Positions 45,738-54,539 of a DNA stretch of 63,855 nt are shown one piece after another (the first letter of the stretch is position 1; the number at the start of each line of letters is the position of its first letter). This DNA comes from Candidatus Levyibacteriota bacterium (GTDB taxonomy: Bacteria > Patescibacteriota > Microgenomatia > Levybacterales > UBA12049). The stretch is taken from positions 1-63,855 of the forward strand of contig JBBRCK010000006.1 of NCBI GenBank assembly GCA_038205015.1, in the 5' to 3' direction. The notes under the pieces were generated by a model that ran no database searches, was not told the origin of the DNA, and worked only from the letters and a program-made list of their open reading frames with translations. A program made the position numbers and the translations under genes.

Positions 45738-46881
45738 AATTTGGAGATATATACGTATGTACCCAGGCGTATGTTCTTGGACAATCCCTCTTAAAATTAT
45801 TTACTGTTCCAGCCGGACCCTTATGATAATTATAAACATAAAGCGCCATTGCCTCTGCCATTGATTCATTAATTTGATTACGACGGCTTTGGTTGCAATA
45901 GGACGGTAATCCATATGTTTTCATACATTTACCAATATAGCAAGCGCTTCCGTCTCCCGAAAGATAGTCAACATTGAATCTGTTGCTCAAATTTCCGTCT
46001 CTATGTTGAAACATATGGGTTGTTTCGTGTGTTATCCAATAATTACCGCTGCCGGAATAATAAGTAGTGACCATTATGTTTGCATTAATTAGTTGGGCTT
46101 GGTTGCTCCATCCGGTATAACCGCAAGCGTGACCAGTATTCTTACTGTTTGAAAAAAGTTCAGCTCGATAAGCAGTACTTATAAGTCTATTTTTCATGGA
46201 TGGAGAGTAGGTCATATGGTCCCAAATTTTCCAAAAACCAATCTTAGATTGGCAAGTTGGCGTTTGGGATGCGTTTCTGGGGTATGGGGACATGCCACAG
46301 TCATATTGCCAAGTTGTTCCCGCTATTACCCTTGCATTAAGGTCACTTTTAAGCTTAGAGTCTACGTTGCTACACGTTGGCAGAGTATGATTTCCTCCTC
46401 CCGCTGGGGGTGCTGGGGGAAGAGGAACGCAGCAAACAGGAGCTGCTGTTGCAGAGCAGGTATAATCACCAGAAGTATCTGCCGGAGCGCTCGCCGGACA
46501 ATTAGCTGCGGTTGCTACACAAGTGTTCCCCGTAATACTCATGCAGTCTACGCCCGTTCCAGCATTTACAGTATCTCCTCCGCTTGTCGCAGCAGTAATT
46601 ATAGCGGTAACCATTAGTACAAAAAAAATAATACCAATTATTATTAGAGCGATTGGTCCCCAAACTTCAATTGTTGAGATAAGAGCTGTTCCAATCTGCC
46701 TAACAGCTTGTTTTCCTGCTTGTTTTACAAACTTTTTTCCAACATTTTTGGCCAGCTGCTTTCCTCTCTTTGAGATTTCTCCTTTAACCTTATTTTGAGC
46801 TTCAGATTTAAGATGCTCAACAGTATTATGGGCATGTTCCTGTGGGGAATTGTTATTTTCGTTTTCTTCTTCTTGAGCCAT
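45724..46881 (-). CDS. Membrane-anchored Zn-metallopeptidase-like protein with a 6-Cys module
   Basis: Charged helical N-terminus, TM, C-x7-C-x6-C-x13-C-x7-CC, Pro-rich linker, HETTH and downstream NESMAE. Confidence 0.6.
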   Translation of the reverse strand: MAQEEENENNNSPQEHAHNTVEHLKSEAQNKVKGEISKRGKQLAKNVGKKFVKQAGKQAVRQIGTALISTIEVWGPIALIIIGIIFFVLMVTAIITAATSGGDTVNAGTGVDCMSITGNTCVATAANCPASAPADTSGDYTCSATAAPVCCVPLPPAPPAGGGNHTLPTCSNVDSKLKSDLNARVIAGTTWQYDCGMSPYPRNASQTPTCQSKIGFWKIWDHMTYSPSMKNRLISTAYRAELFSNSKNTGHACGYTGWSNQAQLINANIMVTTYYSGSGNYWITHETTHMFQHRDGNLSNRFNVDYLSGDGSACYIGKCMKTYGLPSYCNQSRRNQINESMAEAMALYVYNYHKGPAGTVNNFKRDCPRTYAWVHTYISPNYEFH

Positions 46882-46898
46882 AATTTAATAATAGCAAA

Positions 46899-48812
46899 TT
46901 AATCAAGAGTTATCTCAGGCTTATTTGTCGTTTCGGGCGTTGGATCAGGAAGATCGATTGGTTTTACTTGGGCAGCATCGATTCTTTCCCTTTCTTCTTT
47001 TTCCGCTTCTTCTTTAGCCTCTGTTTCTGCTTTTTTTAACTCCTCTTTCTCTTCCGGATTGGAGGTAATCATCTTGTGTTCAAATGGAGCAGCGATTATT
47101 TGCATTGCCACATGGCTTTGTCCTGCAAAAAACAAACCCTCACCCGGATTTGCAGACAAGAGTAATTGCTTCTCTCCTGCTGTAAGGTAAAAAAGCTCAG
47201 CCACTAAATCAATTTCGGTTGGACTTTGTTTTAAAAGCATCTGGATTGAGGAATTTGATAAAATTGCTTTTCCATAATCGGTTGAGAGAAAATCTTGAAC
47301 ATCTTGAGTGGCCGTTGTTAGGGCAAGATAATATTTTCTCGCTCTTTTGGCTACGCTGTAAACAAAGGACGCTGAATCTTCATATTTCATCATTACCCAT
47401 GCCTCGTCAAGGATTAACACTCTCTTTTTGAGAGTTTTCCTAACCTTAGTCCAAATAAAGTCTAAAATTACGTGCATTGCAATCGGCCTAATTTCCTCTT
47501 CCAAAGCTTTAATGTTGAAAACAGTAAAAGGATTTTTAATGTCAAAATTAGATTGCTGGTTAAAAATACCATTTAAACTTCCCTTAATAAATCTTTCAAG
47601 GCCTAAGGCCAAATCTTTGGCTACCTTATCTTCCATGCCCAGCAACACTTTATATAAATCTTCCATTAATGGCGGAGTATTTTTTTGAGTTTGTGGATCC
47701 TGCGTAATTCCTTTTTGCCTATAGGTTTCAACTAAAGCTCTATCTAAAATGGCATCATGTTCGGGATCTAGTTTTCCTAAAACAATTTTTAAAAGACCGT
47801 GTAATGATAGGATTTTTAATCCAAGCTCATTTTCTCCCGCTTCGTATACCTCCGAAAGATCAAAAGGGTTAATTTTTATCGGAGAGTTTGAAGAAAAAGT
47901 TACCTCTTCTCCCCCCATAGCTTTAGTCATTTCCGAATATTCTCCTTCAGGGTCGATGATTATAACTTCAGCCCCAAACATAAACTGCCTCATTGCCTCA
48001 AGTTTGATTAAATAAGATTTTCCAGCTCCTGATTTTCCAAAAACAACCTCGTTGGCATTTTCCAAAGAAAACCTGTCAAAGATAATTAAAGATCCGTTTT
48101 GCTGGTTAATTCCATACATCAGACCCTTGTCTTGCGCAAGCATGGCGGATGTAAAAGGAAAAGTTGATGCTAAAGACGTAGTGTCCATATTTCTGGTAAT
48201 AAATAATTTATCCTGACCTAGAGGAATGGTCGTTTTAAATCCAGCTTCCATTTGTAGCGCCGCAGGTCTTGGGTCAACCAGGATTGAGTTGAGCGTGGTT
48301 TTTAATCTTTTTGCAGCCTCATTTAAATCCTCAATTTTTTCGGAAAATAGAGTAGCGTAAAGACTAAATTGAAAAAAACGCTCCATACCTTTTGCTAATT
48401 CTTCTTGAACAGCTAGCGCATCTTCCAGCGAAGCGCTTACCTTTGGGTCTACGTCTAAGCCCTCATCCTCAGATGACATAATAGTTGCTTCCATTTCCGA
48501 AATTTTTCTTCTTAAATCAGACAATACGTCGGCAGAAGATGTGGGATAGATAAACATTGACACATTCATAGAATGGTCAAACTCAACCAATGGTTCAAGC
48601 CAATTGGGAGAAACGAATCTTGGGTAGCCACTAATAAATACTGTTTTGTAAAATTTACCACCGACCTTAACATGATTAAAATCAATCTCGATTTCTGCCG
48701 GTGCAATCAGATCTGGAACCGAAAAGGCAGCTTCTTGCTTTACTTCTATTTCTTTTTCAACAGGTATTTGTTTATTCTCGATGTTACCGGTAATTTTTTT
48801 CTTACCAAACAT
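46899..48812 (-). CDS. VirB4/TraE-like type IV secretion ATPase
   Basis: FPFTS, IIFDRFSLENAN, GKSGAGKS, IIIDPEGEY, LILDEAW, KRARKY, ATQ. Confidence 0.9.
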   Translation of the reverse strand: MFGKKKITGNIENKQIPVEKEIEVKQEAAFSVPDLIAPAEIEIDFNHVKVGGKFYKTVFISGYPRFVSPNWLEPLVEFDHSMNVSMFIYPTSSADVLSDLRRKISEMEATIMSSEDEGLDVDPKVSASLEDALAVQEELAKGMERFFQFSLYATLFSEKIEDLNEAAKRLKTTLNSILVDPRPAALQMEAGFKTTIPLGQDKLFITRNMDTTSLASTFPFTSAMLAQDKGLMYGINQQNGSLIIFDRFSLENANEVVFGKSGAGKSYLIKLEAMRQFMFGAEVIIIDPEGEYSEMTKAMGGEEVTFSSNSPIKINPFDLSEVYEAGENELGLKILSLHGLLKIVLGKLDPEHDAILDRALVETYRQKGITQDPQTQKNTPPLMEDLYKVLLGMEDKVAKDLALGLERFIKGSLNGIFNQQSNFDIKNPFTVFNIKALEEEIRPIAMHVILDFIWTKVRKTLKKRVLILDEAWVMMKYEDSASFVYSVAKRARKYYLALTTATQDVQDFLSTDYGKAILSNSSIQMLLKQSPTEIDLVAELFYLTAGEKQLLLSANPGEGLFFAGQSHVAMQIIAAPFEHKMITSNPEEKEELKKAETEAKEEAEKEERERIDAAQVKPIDLPDPTPETTNKPEITLD

Positions 48813-49480
48813 TATTTTTGTACCTCCTCTACTACTTGCTGCTCTGGTTTTACCCCATTTTCGACCTCATAGTCATTAATTTTAGCATCATTAAAGATTT
48901 CATAAAAAAGTTTAATTAACTGCTCTTTTCCTAAGGTTTCTGCTTTTAAATTCAGTCTTCTAATTTGTGTATGTAGGCTTTCTGCTTTTGAGCGAAGAGA
49001 AGCCCTGGCTCCAACCAAAAACAAATCTTGTGCACTACTAACTCTTACTTGCTGAGATGCTCCGCTTAAGCCCTTTTCCAAAGAAGAGTAGGAAATAACA
49101 ACATAGAATTTTTTATCCAAAATTGTATTTACTTTTACTAATTCTGCCACAAAGTCCCTATACATTCCTATTTGAGTTGCCAGCAATTGGTTTTTTGAGT
49201 TCGCTTTTTCTTTTTCAAGAAGTGTTAAGTATGATGCAACATTCAATTTTTTACTTCGAATTACTATTTGGATAGGGAAAGAAAGAGAATTTAAAAGTGC
49301 TGCGTAGGAATAGATTTTTACGTCTTGCTCCTCAGCGGAGAGCAAGGTAAAATTTGTCGCTTTAACCTCGATAACGATACAAGCGCTTCCGCCTTTTAAA
49401 ATTACCACATCATCAACAATGTCTAAAATCTCAGTAAAGGCCTGGGTAGTATTTGATATTTTTTGAGCAGTTTTAGCCAT
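48812..49480 (-). CDS. VirB4-associated (TraC-N-like) T4SS component
   Basis: STQ-like NTTQAF, VKATNFTLLS..EQ, LNSLSFPIQI, KKFYVVI; coupled to VirB4. Confidence 0.7.
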   Translation of the reverse strand: MAKTAQKISNTTQAFTEILDIVDDVVILKGGSACIVIEVKATNFTLLSAEEQDVKIYSYAALLNSLSFPIQIVIRSKKLNVASYLTLLEKEKANSKNQLLATQIGMYRDFVAELVKVNTILDKKFYVVISYSSLEKGLSGASQQVRVSSAQDLFLVGARASLRSKAESLHTQIRRLNLKAETLGKEQLIKLFYEIFNDAKINDYEVENGVKPEQQVVEEVQK

Positions 49481-49482
49481 AA

Positions 49483-50712
49483 TTAATTAAAAAGAGATCT
49501 CCTTAATTCTTCTCTTGAATCAACAGAAATAACCTCAATTGGTAAAATTATTTCACCCTTTACCACAAAAGTAACGCTGTCAAATTTGTTCTGTACTCTA
49601 GGGTCTTCAAACTCAATAGTATAGTTCCCATTTGTTAGGGGAGTAGCTGAGGCAAATTGTCCCAAAGCATTGGTTTTAAAGGCTCTAACTGCATTACCCT
49701 GGGTATCTTTTACTTCTACTAAAATATTGGAAAGTGGATTCCCTCGGGGGTCTTTAATAATGCCGGTAACAATATTTGGAAACTCAGGTGTAGAAGGAAG
49801 GCCAACGCTTTTTGCCATGTTTTGAGGAATACTGCGGACATATTTTGTTTCTTGTGGAGCTTCTTGTTGTGCAACAGAGGCTGAGAAAAACGGTTTGCCT
49901 TGATTAGCCATTGTCCTTTGTAAATTAATTAACTTACTTTCCAATTCTTGTTTTTGGAAAAGAAGATCATTAAGATTTTTCTGAAGCTCCAATACTTTTT
50001 GGTGCGCATTTAAATATTCCTGTGAGTTTGCCTGCGGCTGCGAAGCCTCTTTTGCTTTTGCCTCTTGAAGCTCTTTTTCCAAAAGCGCAGCTGTTTTCTG
50101 CAAGTCTTGGTCTCCCTGTTTGTTTGCATAGTCATTGGGATTAAGCTGCAGGGCTGGTTGCTGTTGTTGCGGAGCTTGCGCTGCAGGGCTGGTTTTGTCA
50201 GCATAGGCGTGTTCTGCTACATATCCAGGAGCACTTGGAGCAGTGCTTTGACCATATTCGTTTAGTGACTGGAAAAAGACAGTCTCTTTCTTATCAAGCT
50301 TATTCTTGCCTTTTGGAAGATTATCTAAAAATTCTCGAAGTTGTTTCTCCGACATGTCTGAGATCGACAACCTAGATTTGTTAAATTGATTTATTTTTGA
50401 AGGATCGGAAACTTTATCATCTACTCTTTGGTAATAATATTTTGTGGGAGACATTACAGCCTTAATAAAATTGACAATCATCTTATCCATTGGTCTTCCA
50501 TCGATTGGTAAAAATGACAAAGCAGCCCCGGCTGCCCCAAAAATTAACATAAATGGAATTTTTACTATAAAAATAATTGGGGAAGCATAGGTAAGCCAGG
50601 CGAAAAATGCCCCAGTAGCAACATAAGCAAATTGCTTCACGGTCATATTTCCAATTAATTTAAATTGAAACCCGGTAATATCCTGGGGGATTGGGTGATT
50701 ATTTATTTCCAT
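49483..50712 (-). CDS. PrgI-family protein with coiled coil and a C-terminal CnaB/carboxypeptidase-regulatory-like domain
   Basis: HPIPQDITGFQFKLIGNMTVKQF, DGRPMD; GIIKDPRGNPLSNILVEV...TNALGQF...NGNYTI. Confidence 0.8.
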   Translation of the reverse strand: MEINNHPIPQDITGFQFKLIGNMTVKQFAYVATGAFFAWLTYASPIIFIVKIPFMLIFGAAGAALSFLPIDGRPMDKMIVNFIKAVMSPTKYYYQRVDDKVSDPSKINQFNKSRLSISDMSEKQLREFLDNLPKGKNKLDKKETVFFQSLNEYGQSTAPSAPGYVAEHAYADKTSPAAQAPQQQQPALQLNPNDYANKQGDQDLQKTAALLEKELQEAKAKEASQPQANSQEYLNAHQKVLELQKNLNDLLFQKQELESKLINLQRTMANQGKPFFSASVAQQEAPQETKYVRSIPQNMAKSVGLPSTPEFPNIVTGIIKDPRGNPLSNILVEVKDTQGNAVRAFKTNALGQFASATPLTNGNYTIEFEDPRVQNKFDSVTFVVKGEIILPIEVISVDSREELRRSLFN

Positions 50713-50851
50713 ATACAAAAAGCATATAACGTGAAAAATCTGCTTTCAAGATTATCAAACTATGTCAAATAATATTAAAAAAGGAAATTTCCGTGAAAAA
50801 TCTTTTAGCTAAATTCCGCAAGCTCTGCAGCGTTTTGGGAGGCATAATGGA

Positions 50852-51163
50852 TTAACAGGTTTTGAAAGAAAGTGGGTGCGAGGCGTTGAGGCATCCAACC
50901 CCGGTTATACCGGCGATAAGATTTATTATAAAAAATGAAAGAAACATTAAAAATAGTCCAAGGACTGCGAGAGCAATTGTTTTTCTTGCCTGGTCAAGTT
51001 TTTTAGCATCTCCTCCGGAAATTAAAAACCTTATTCCACCAATAATTATAAAGATAACCCCCACAGAACCCGCTAAAAGCAGCGCCCAATAGATTAAGTT
51101 TGTGATTAATATTGGGATGCAACCGATTGTTGCGACTCCGTTTTTTCCACAAGACCAGTTCAT
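50852..51163 (-). CDS. TrbC/VirB2-like pilin (minimal)
   Basis: GGIRFLISGGDAKKLDQARKTIALAVLGL two-TM hairpin. Confidence 0.8.
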   Translation of the reverse strand: MNWSCGKNGVATIGCIPILITNLIYWALLLAGSVGVIFIIIGGIRFLISGGDAKKLDQARKTIALAVLGLFLMFLSFFIINLIAGITGVGCLNASHPLSFKTC

Positions 51164-51226
51164 AGTTTTAGTCTAGCAAAAAAAAAGAAAAAAGTAAATA
51201 AATTACGAGTTAAGAAATTTTAAGAA

Positions 51227-51661
51227 TTATGGAGTTAAAGAGGGCATTGTTAGCTGGCTTAGGTTTTTACCGATGAAGAGGAACAAAATGACGTTTAATA
51301 TAAGATAGGATAAGAAGATTATAACTAATCCGATTATAGCTGCAACGATACTATCTCTGGCAGATGAAACAGCTTGCTTGTCCCCTCCGGAAGTAAGCCA
51401 TCTTAATCCGCCTAATACGAGATAAAGAAGAGCTGCGATGGTTGCAACTACGAATATTAAATTAATCACAGTAGTAATAATATTTCCAACACTGGCTCCG
51501 GTAAAGCCGCATAATATACTAAAATCTCCCGTAGCGCATCCGCCAATTGCTGCTGCATATGAAAAAGATGCTAATGTGAGGTATGCTGTTGCGGGTGCTA
51601 ATACTGTTAAAATTTTTTTCATGTCTATATTAAATGTAAAGAGTTTTTTAATGTTTGTCAA
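51227..51661 (-). CDS. TrbC/VirB2-like pilin with signal peptide (ATG 51622 is an alternative start)
   Basis: GGLRWLTSGGDKQAVSSARDSIVAAIIGL. Confidence 0.8.
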   Translation of the reverse strand: MTNIKKLFTFNIDMKKILTVLAPATAYLTLASFSYAAAIGGCATGDFSILCGFTGASVGNIITTVINLIFVVATIAALLYLVLGGLRWLTSGGDKQAVSSARDSIVAAIIGLVIIFLSYLILNVILFLFIGKNLSQLTMPSLTP

Positions 51662-51722
51662 TACCCTAATTTGTGGCTAATTATTGACTTTAACTAAAAA
51701 AGAAATAAAAAACTTAACGTTT

Positions 51723-53021
51723 TTAAAGACGAAATAATTTAAGAATAATGTTTACTATTAAATAAGCAAGAAAAACAATGATCAGTCCGATAATTGCAAA
51801 AACTATTTTTTGTCTGGCGCTACTAAGCTTTTGCCTATCTCCTCTGGAAGTAAGCCAATCAACGCCTCCCCAAACAAGATAAAAAAGAGCAAGAAGAATT
51901 GATATAAAAATAAGTAGGTTAATTATTAAGTTAATCATCGATTGATGCCCTACTGCGGCGGGAGCATTACCAGGCTTTGGTCCAACAAGAAATCTGGCAA
52001 TATCACCTAATGCGGTTGCCACAGGAGCGTTTCCCCAAGTACCCCAGTTAGTGCCCGTGCTGTTTACGTTTGAAACCGAAGGAGGAAAGTGGCAACCTAA
52101 GACATGATTTGGGTCACATACTAGGCCATTTACCGTATCGCAATAGCTTGACATATAAGTTGTTCCGTCGGTATCTGCAGTTATACAATTGGTTCCCGCT
52201 GGAGCGCCAGATTTAGGCGAGCAAGCAGGGGCAGGGTCTGTTCCGGTAAATTTGCAATTTGCCGGACAATAATGACAAAGGGTATCCGTACCGGGTCCGC
52301 TATTACCACCGGTTGATATAGTAAAAGTTTTTGGATTACAAAGAAGATTACTTGAGTCTGCAAAGCCGCAGCTCTTCGATACTTTAATCGTGTAAGATCC
52401 AATACCTAAGGTGCCAATATTCACGCTGCTTTTAAGATCTGATATCTTTCTGCAGTCTCCTCCGCTAGGAAGAGAGTTCCCGGTTCCACCATCAAACCAA
52501 ATCCTTAAATCGTCATTCGGGTTATAATAGCTTGGAATACCTATTAATTTAAAAGAAACGGTATCATTATTTGAATAACCAGGACTTCCAGTTGAAGATG
52601 TTTCTATAGTACAGGAACTCCCTAATTGAGAAGGATCAATGATTTGTATGGGCGTTAGAACATCGCAGACCTTGGTGGTAGGGCCGGAAGCGTTAAACAC
52701 GCCTGCAACAAGAGAGCCGGGAAGCAATGCTCCATTAGTAGTAGCTTTTCCTTTAAAGTTGCCATTGGTGTCAAAAGTAATGTTAGCAACGGGAAGAATG
52801 TTTGTTTCTTGACCGTCAGTTCTTCCCCAGAACATATTGTACTGACTGCTTCCGCCAGCAATTCCAGAACAAGTTAGGTTAAAGTCGAAGTCAGTTGAGC
52901 TTACAAGAATAGCACCTTCGGCCACCTCAATCGCACCGCTTATAACCGCTGCCAGTACAGTTTGACTTGTAAATTGAAAGAGTAAAAAGAAAAAAGTAAG
53001 AAATAAGAATATTTTTCTCAT
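51723..53021 (-). CDS. Extended pilin: signal peptide, beta-rich/Cys ectodomain, C-terminal VirB2-like hairpin
   Basis: C-terminal GGVDWLTSRGDRQKLSSARQKIVFAIIGL. Confidence 0.7.
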   Translation of the reverse strand: MRKIFLFLTFFFLLFQFTSQTVLAAVISGAIEVAEGAILVSSTDFDFNLTCSGIAGGSSQYNMFWGRTDGQETNILPVANITFDTNGNFKGKATTNGALLPGSLVAGVFNASGPTTKVCDVLTPIQIIDPSQLGSSCTIETSSTGSPGYSNNDTVSFKLIGIPSYYNPNDDLRIWFDGGTGNSLPSGGDCRKISDLKSSVNIGTLGIGSYTIKVSKSCGFADSSNLLCNPKTFTISTGGNSGPGTDTLCHYCPANCKFTGTDPAPACSPKSGAPAGTNCITADTDGTTYMSSYCDTVNGLVCDPNHVLGCHFPPSVSNVNSTGTNWGTWGNAPVATALGDIARFLVGPKPGNAPAAVGHQSMINLIINLLIFISILLALFYLVWGGVDWLTSRGDRQKLSSARQKIVFAIIGLIIVFLAYLIVNIILKLFRL

Positions 53022-53024
53022 ATA

Positions 53025-54500
53025 CTATTGTCCAAAGAGATTTAAGATATCAACTCCGATAAAATTTAAAATTGAAAAAGCAAAAATTATAAAAATTAAT
53101 CCAACAATTGCCGCGGTAAGTTGTTCTTGTGCTTCCCTAACTCTGTCGGGATTTCCCTGCGAAGCAATTAATCTGTAAGCAGATAAAATGATTAGCAAAG
53201 CCGCAATTCCTCCGGCAATCGACAAAATAACTGCAAACAATTTTGTGATTAGAGATTGCGGATTGGTACTAATATCACCAAGTGCTGTACGGCAGGGAAT
53301 AACATTGCCTCCTTTAGTATTGCATGGAAGCTGGCCGCTTGTGAATCCTGGGCCCAAATCAAGAGTGTTGCTTTTGCAGCCTAATCCATTGGGATAGCAG
53401 GTTTGAGTGTCTGGATCACAGGGTGCCTCGGTGTAATTAGTGGAATAGCTTTTTTTATTAGTTGCGGCGTCGGTTATTATATAGCATTTTTTAGCATTAG
53501 TGCTAGCTGTTGAATCATAAGTATATCCACCAGGACAGGTTGGGCAAGGAGCAATGGGTTCAATATTACCGGGAACACAGCAAAGCGTTTTAGTACCAGT
53601 GCAATTATAGTTTCTCGCGTCGGGAACTCCTTGTGCGCTTACACAAGAACTAGTATTGGCAGCAGTGTTTGCTTGGCAAAGTACCGGGCAGTCGGGTTTT
53701 GGCGGTGCTGCTTTGCATGTTCCACCAGTAGTTGTAGGAGTACAGCCATAAGTACAGTCTTTTGTATTAGCCGGGCTACAGTAGGGTGCTAACTTGCATG
53801 TTCCACCTTGGCAAGAGTAGGTAGAATTACAACAACCACCAGCTGCGGTACAGGCTCCTCCAGTAGTAGGTTGGCAGCTTGCAAATTTACAACAAACGGT
53901 TCCGGTGCAATTCGTAGCACCAGCGATAGTTCCATTGCCGTTAGCGGTGCAAATTTCTTTTGTTGTACAACTTGATGTATATCCGGTAGGAGCTAAAGAC
54001 GCGCAGGTTACAGTCTTAACTTCTACGCAGCATCGGGCTTGGGTTGTGCAATTAGAACTGGGTTGAAAATTTCCTGTGCAGGAGCCAGCAACTTTGCAGC
54101 CTGCAGTATGAGTAGTGTCTGCATAAGTGGTACAGGCTGGAGCAGCTACACATTTAGTCCCACTACAAACCTGCGTATTACTATTACAAGTGTTTGTGCA
54201 AGAGACGGTTCTATTGCAATTATTTGTAAAAGATCCGCATTTATAATTTTTTGCCGTGCACGAGCTGCTTGTCTCGCAAGTATTCCATTGGCAACATATA
54301 TTCCCTCCTGTGCAATTAAGGGCTCCAAGGCTTGTTCCCTCCCCAGTTTTGGTGCAGAACGCTACAGAGGAGCATGAAGAGCCAGTAAGGGGAGCAGCGC
54401 CGCAGGCTGCAGCTTGAGAGACATTTTTAGCAGGCGCAAAAGCAAGAAAAATTATAAATATAGAAAATAAAGATAAAGTAAAAAGAAGCAGTCTTCTCAT
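53025..54500 (-). CDS. Cys-rich extended pilin (about 50 Cys) with C-terminal VirB2-like hairpin
   Basis: C-terminal SAYRLIASQGNPDRVREAQEQLTAAIVGL; ATG 54500 follows TACGAT by 6 nt. Confidence 0.75.
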   Translation of the reverse strand: MRRLLLFTLSLFSIFIIFLAFAPAKNVSQAAACGAAPLTGSSCSSVAFCTKTGEGTSLGALNCTGGNICCQWNTCETSSSCTAKNYKCGSFTNNCNRTVSCTNTCNSNTQVCSGTKCVAAPACTTYADTTHTAGCKVAGSCTGNFQPSSNCTTQARCCVEVKTVTCASLAPTGYTSSCTTKEICTANGNGTIAGATNCTGTVCCKFASCQPTTGGACTAAGGCCNSTYSCQGGTCKLAPYCSPANTKDCTYGCTPTTTGGTCKAAPPKPDCPVLCQANTAANTSSCVSAQGVPDARNYNCTGTKTLCCVPGNIEPIAPCPTCPGGYTYDSTASTNAKKCYIITDAATNKKSYSTNYTEAPCDPDTQTCYPNGLGCKSNTLDLGPGFTSGQLPCNTKGGNVIPCRTALGDISTNPQSLITKLFAVILSIAGGIAALLIILSAYRLIASQGNPDRVREAQEQLTAAIVGLIFIIFAFSILNFIGVDILNLFGQ

Positions 54501-54539
54501 AGACTTATCGTAGAACAAATCGTAAATAAAATGCAAGTT

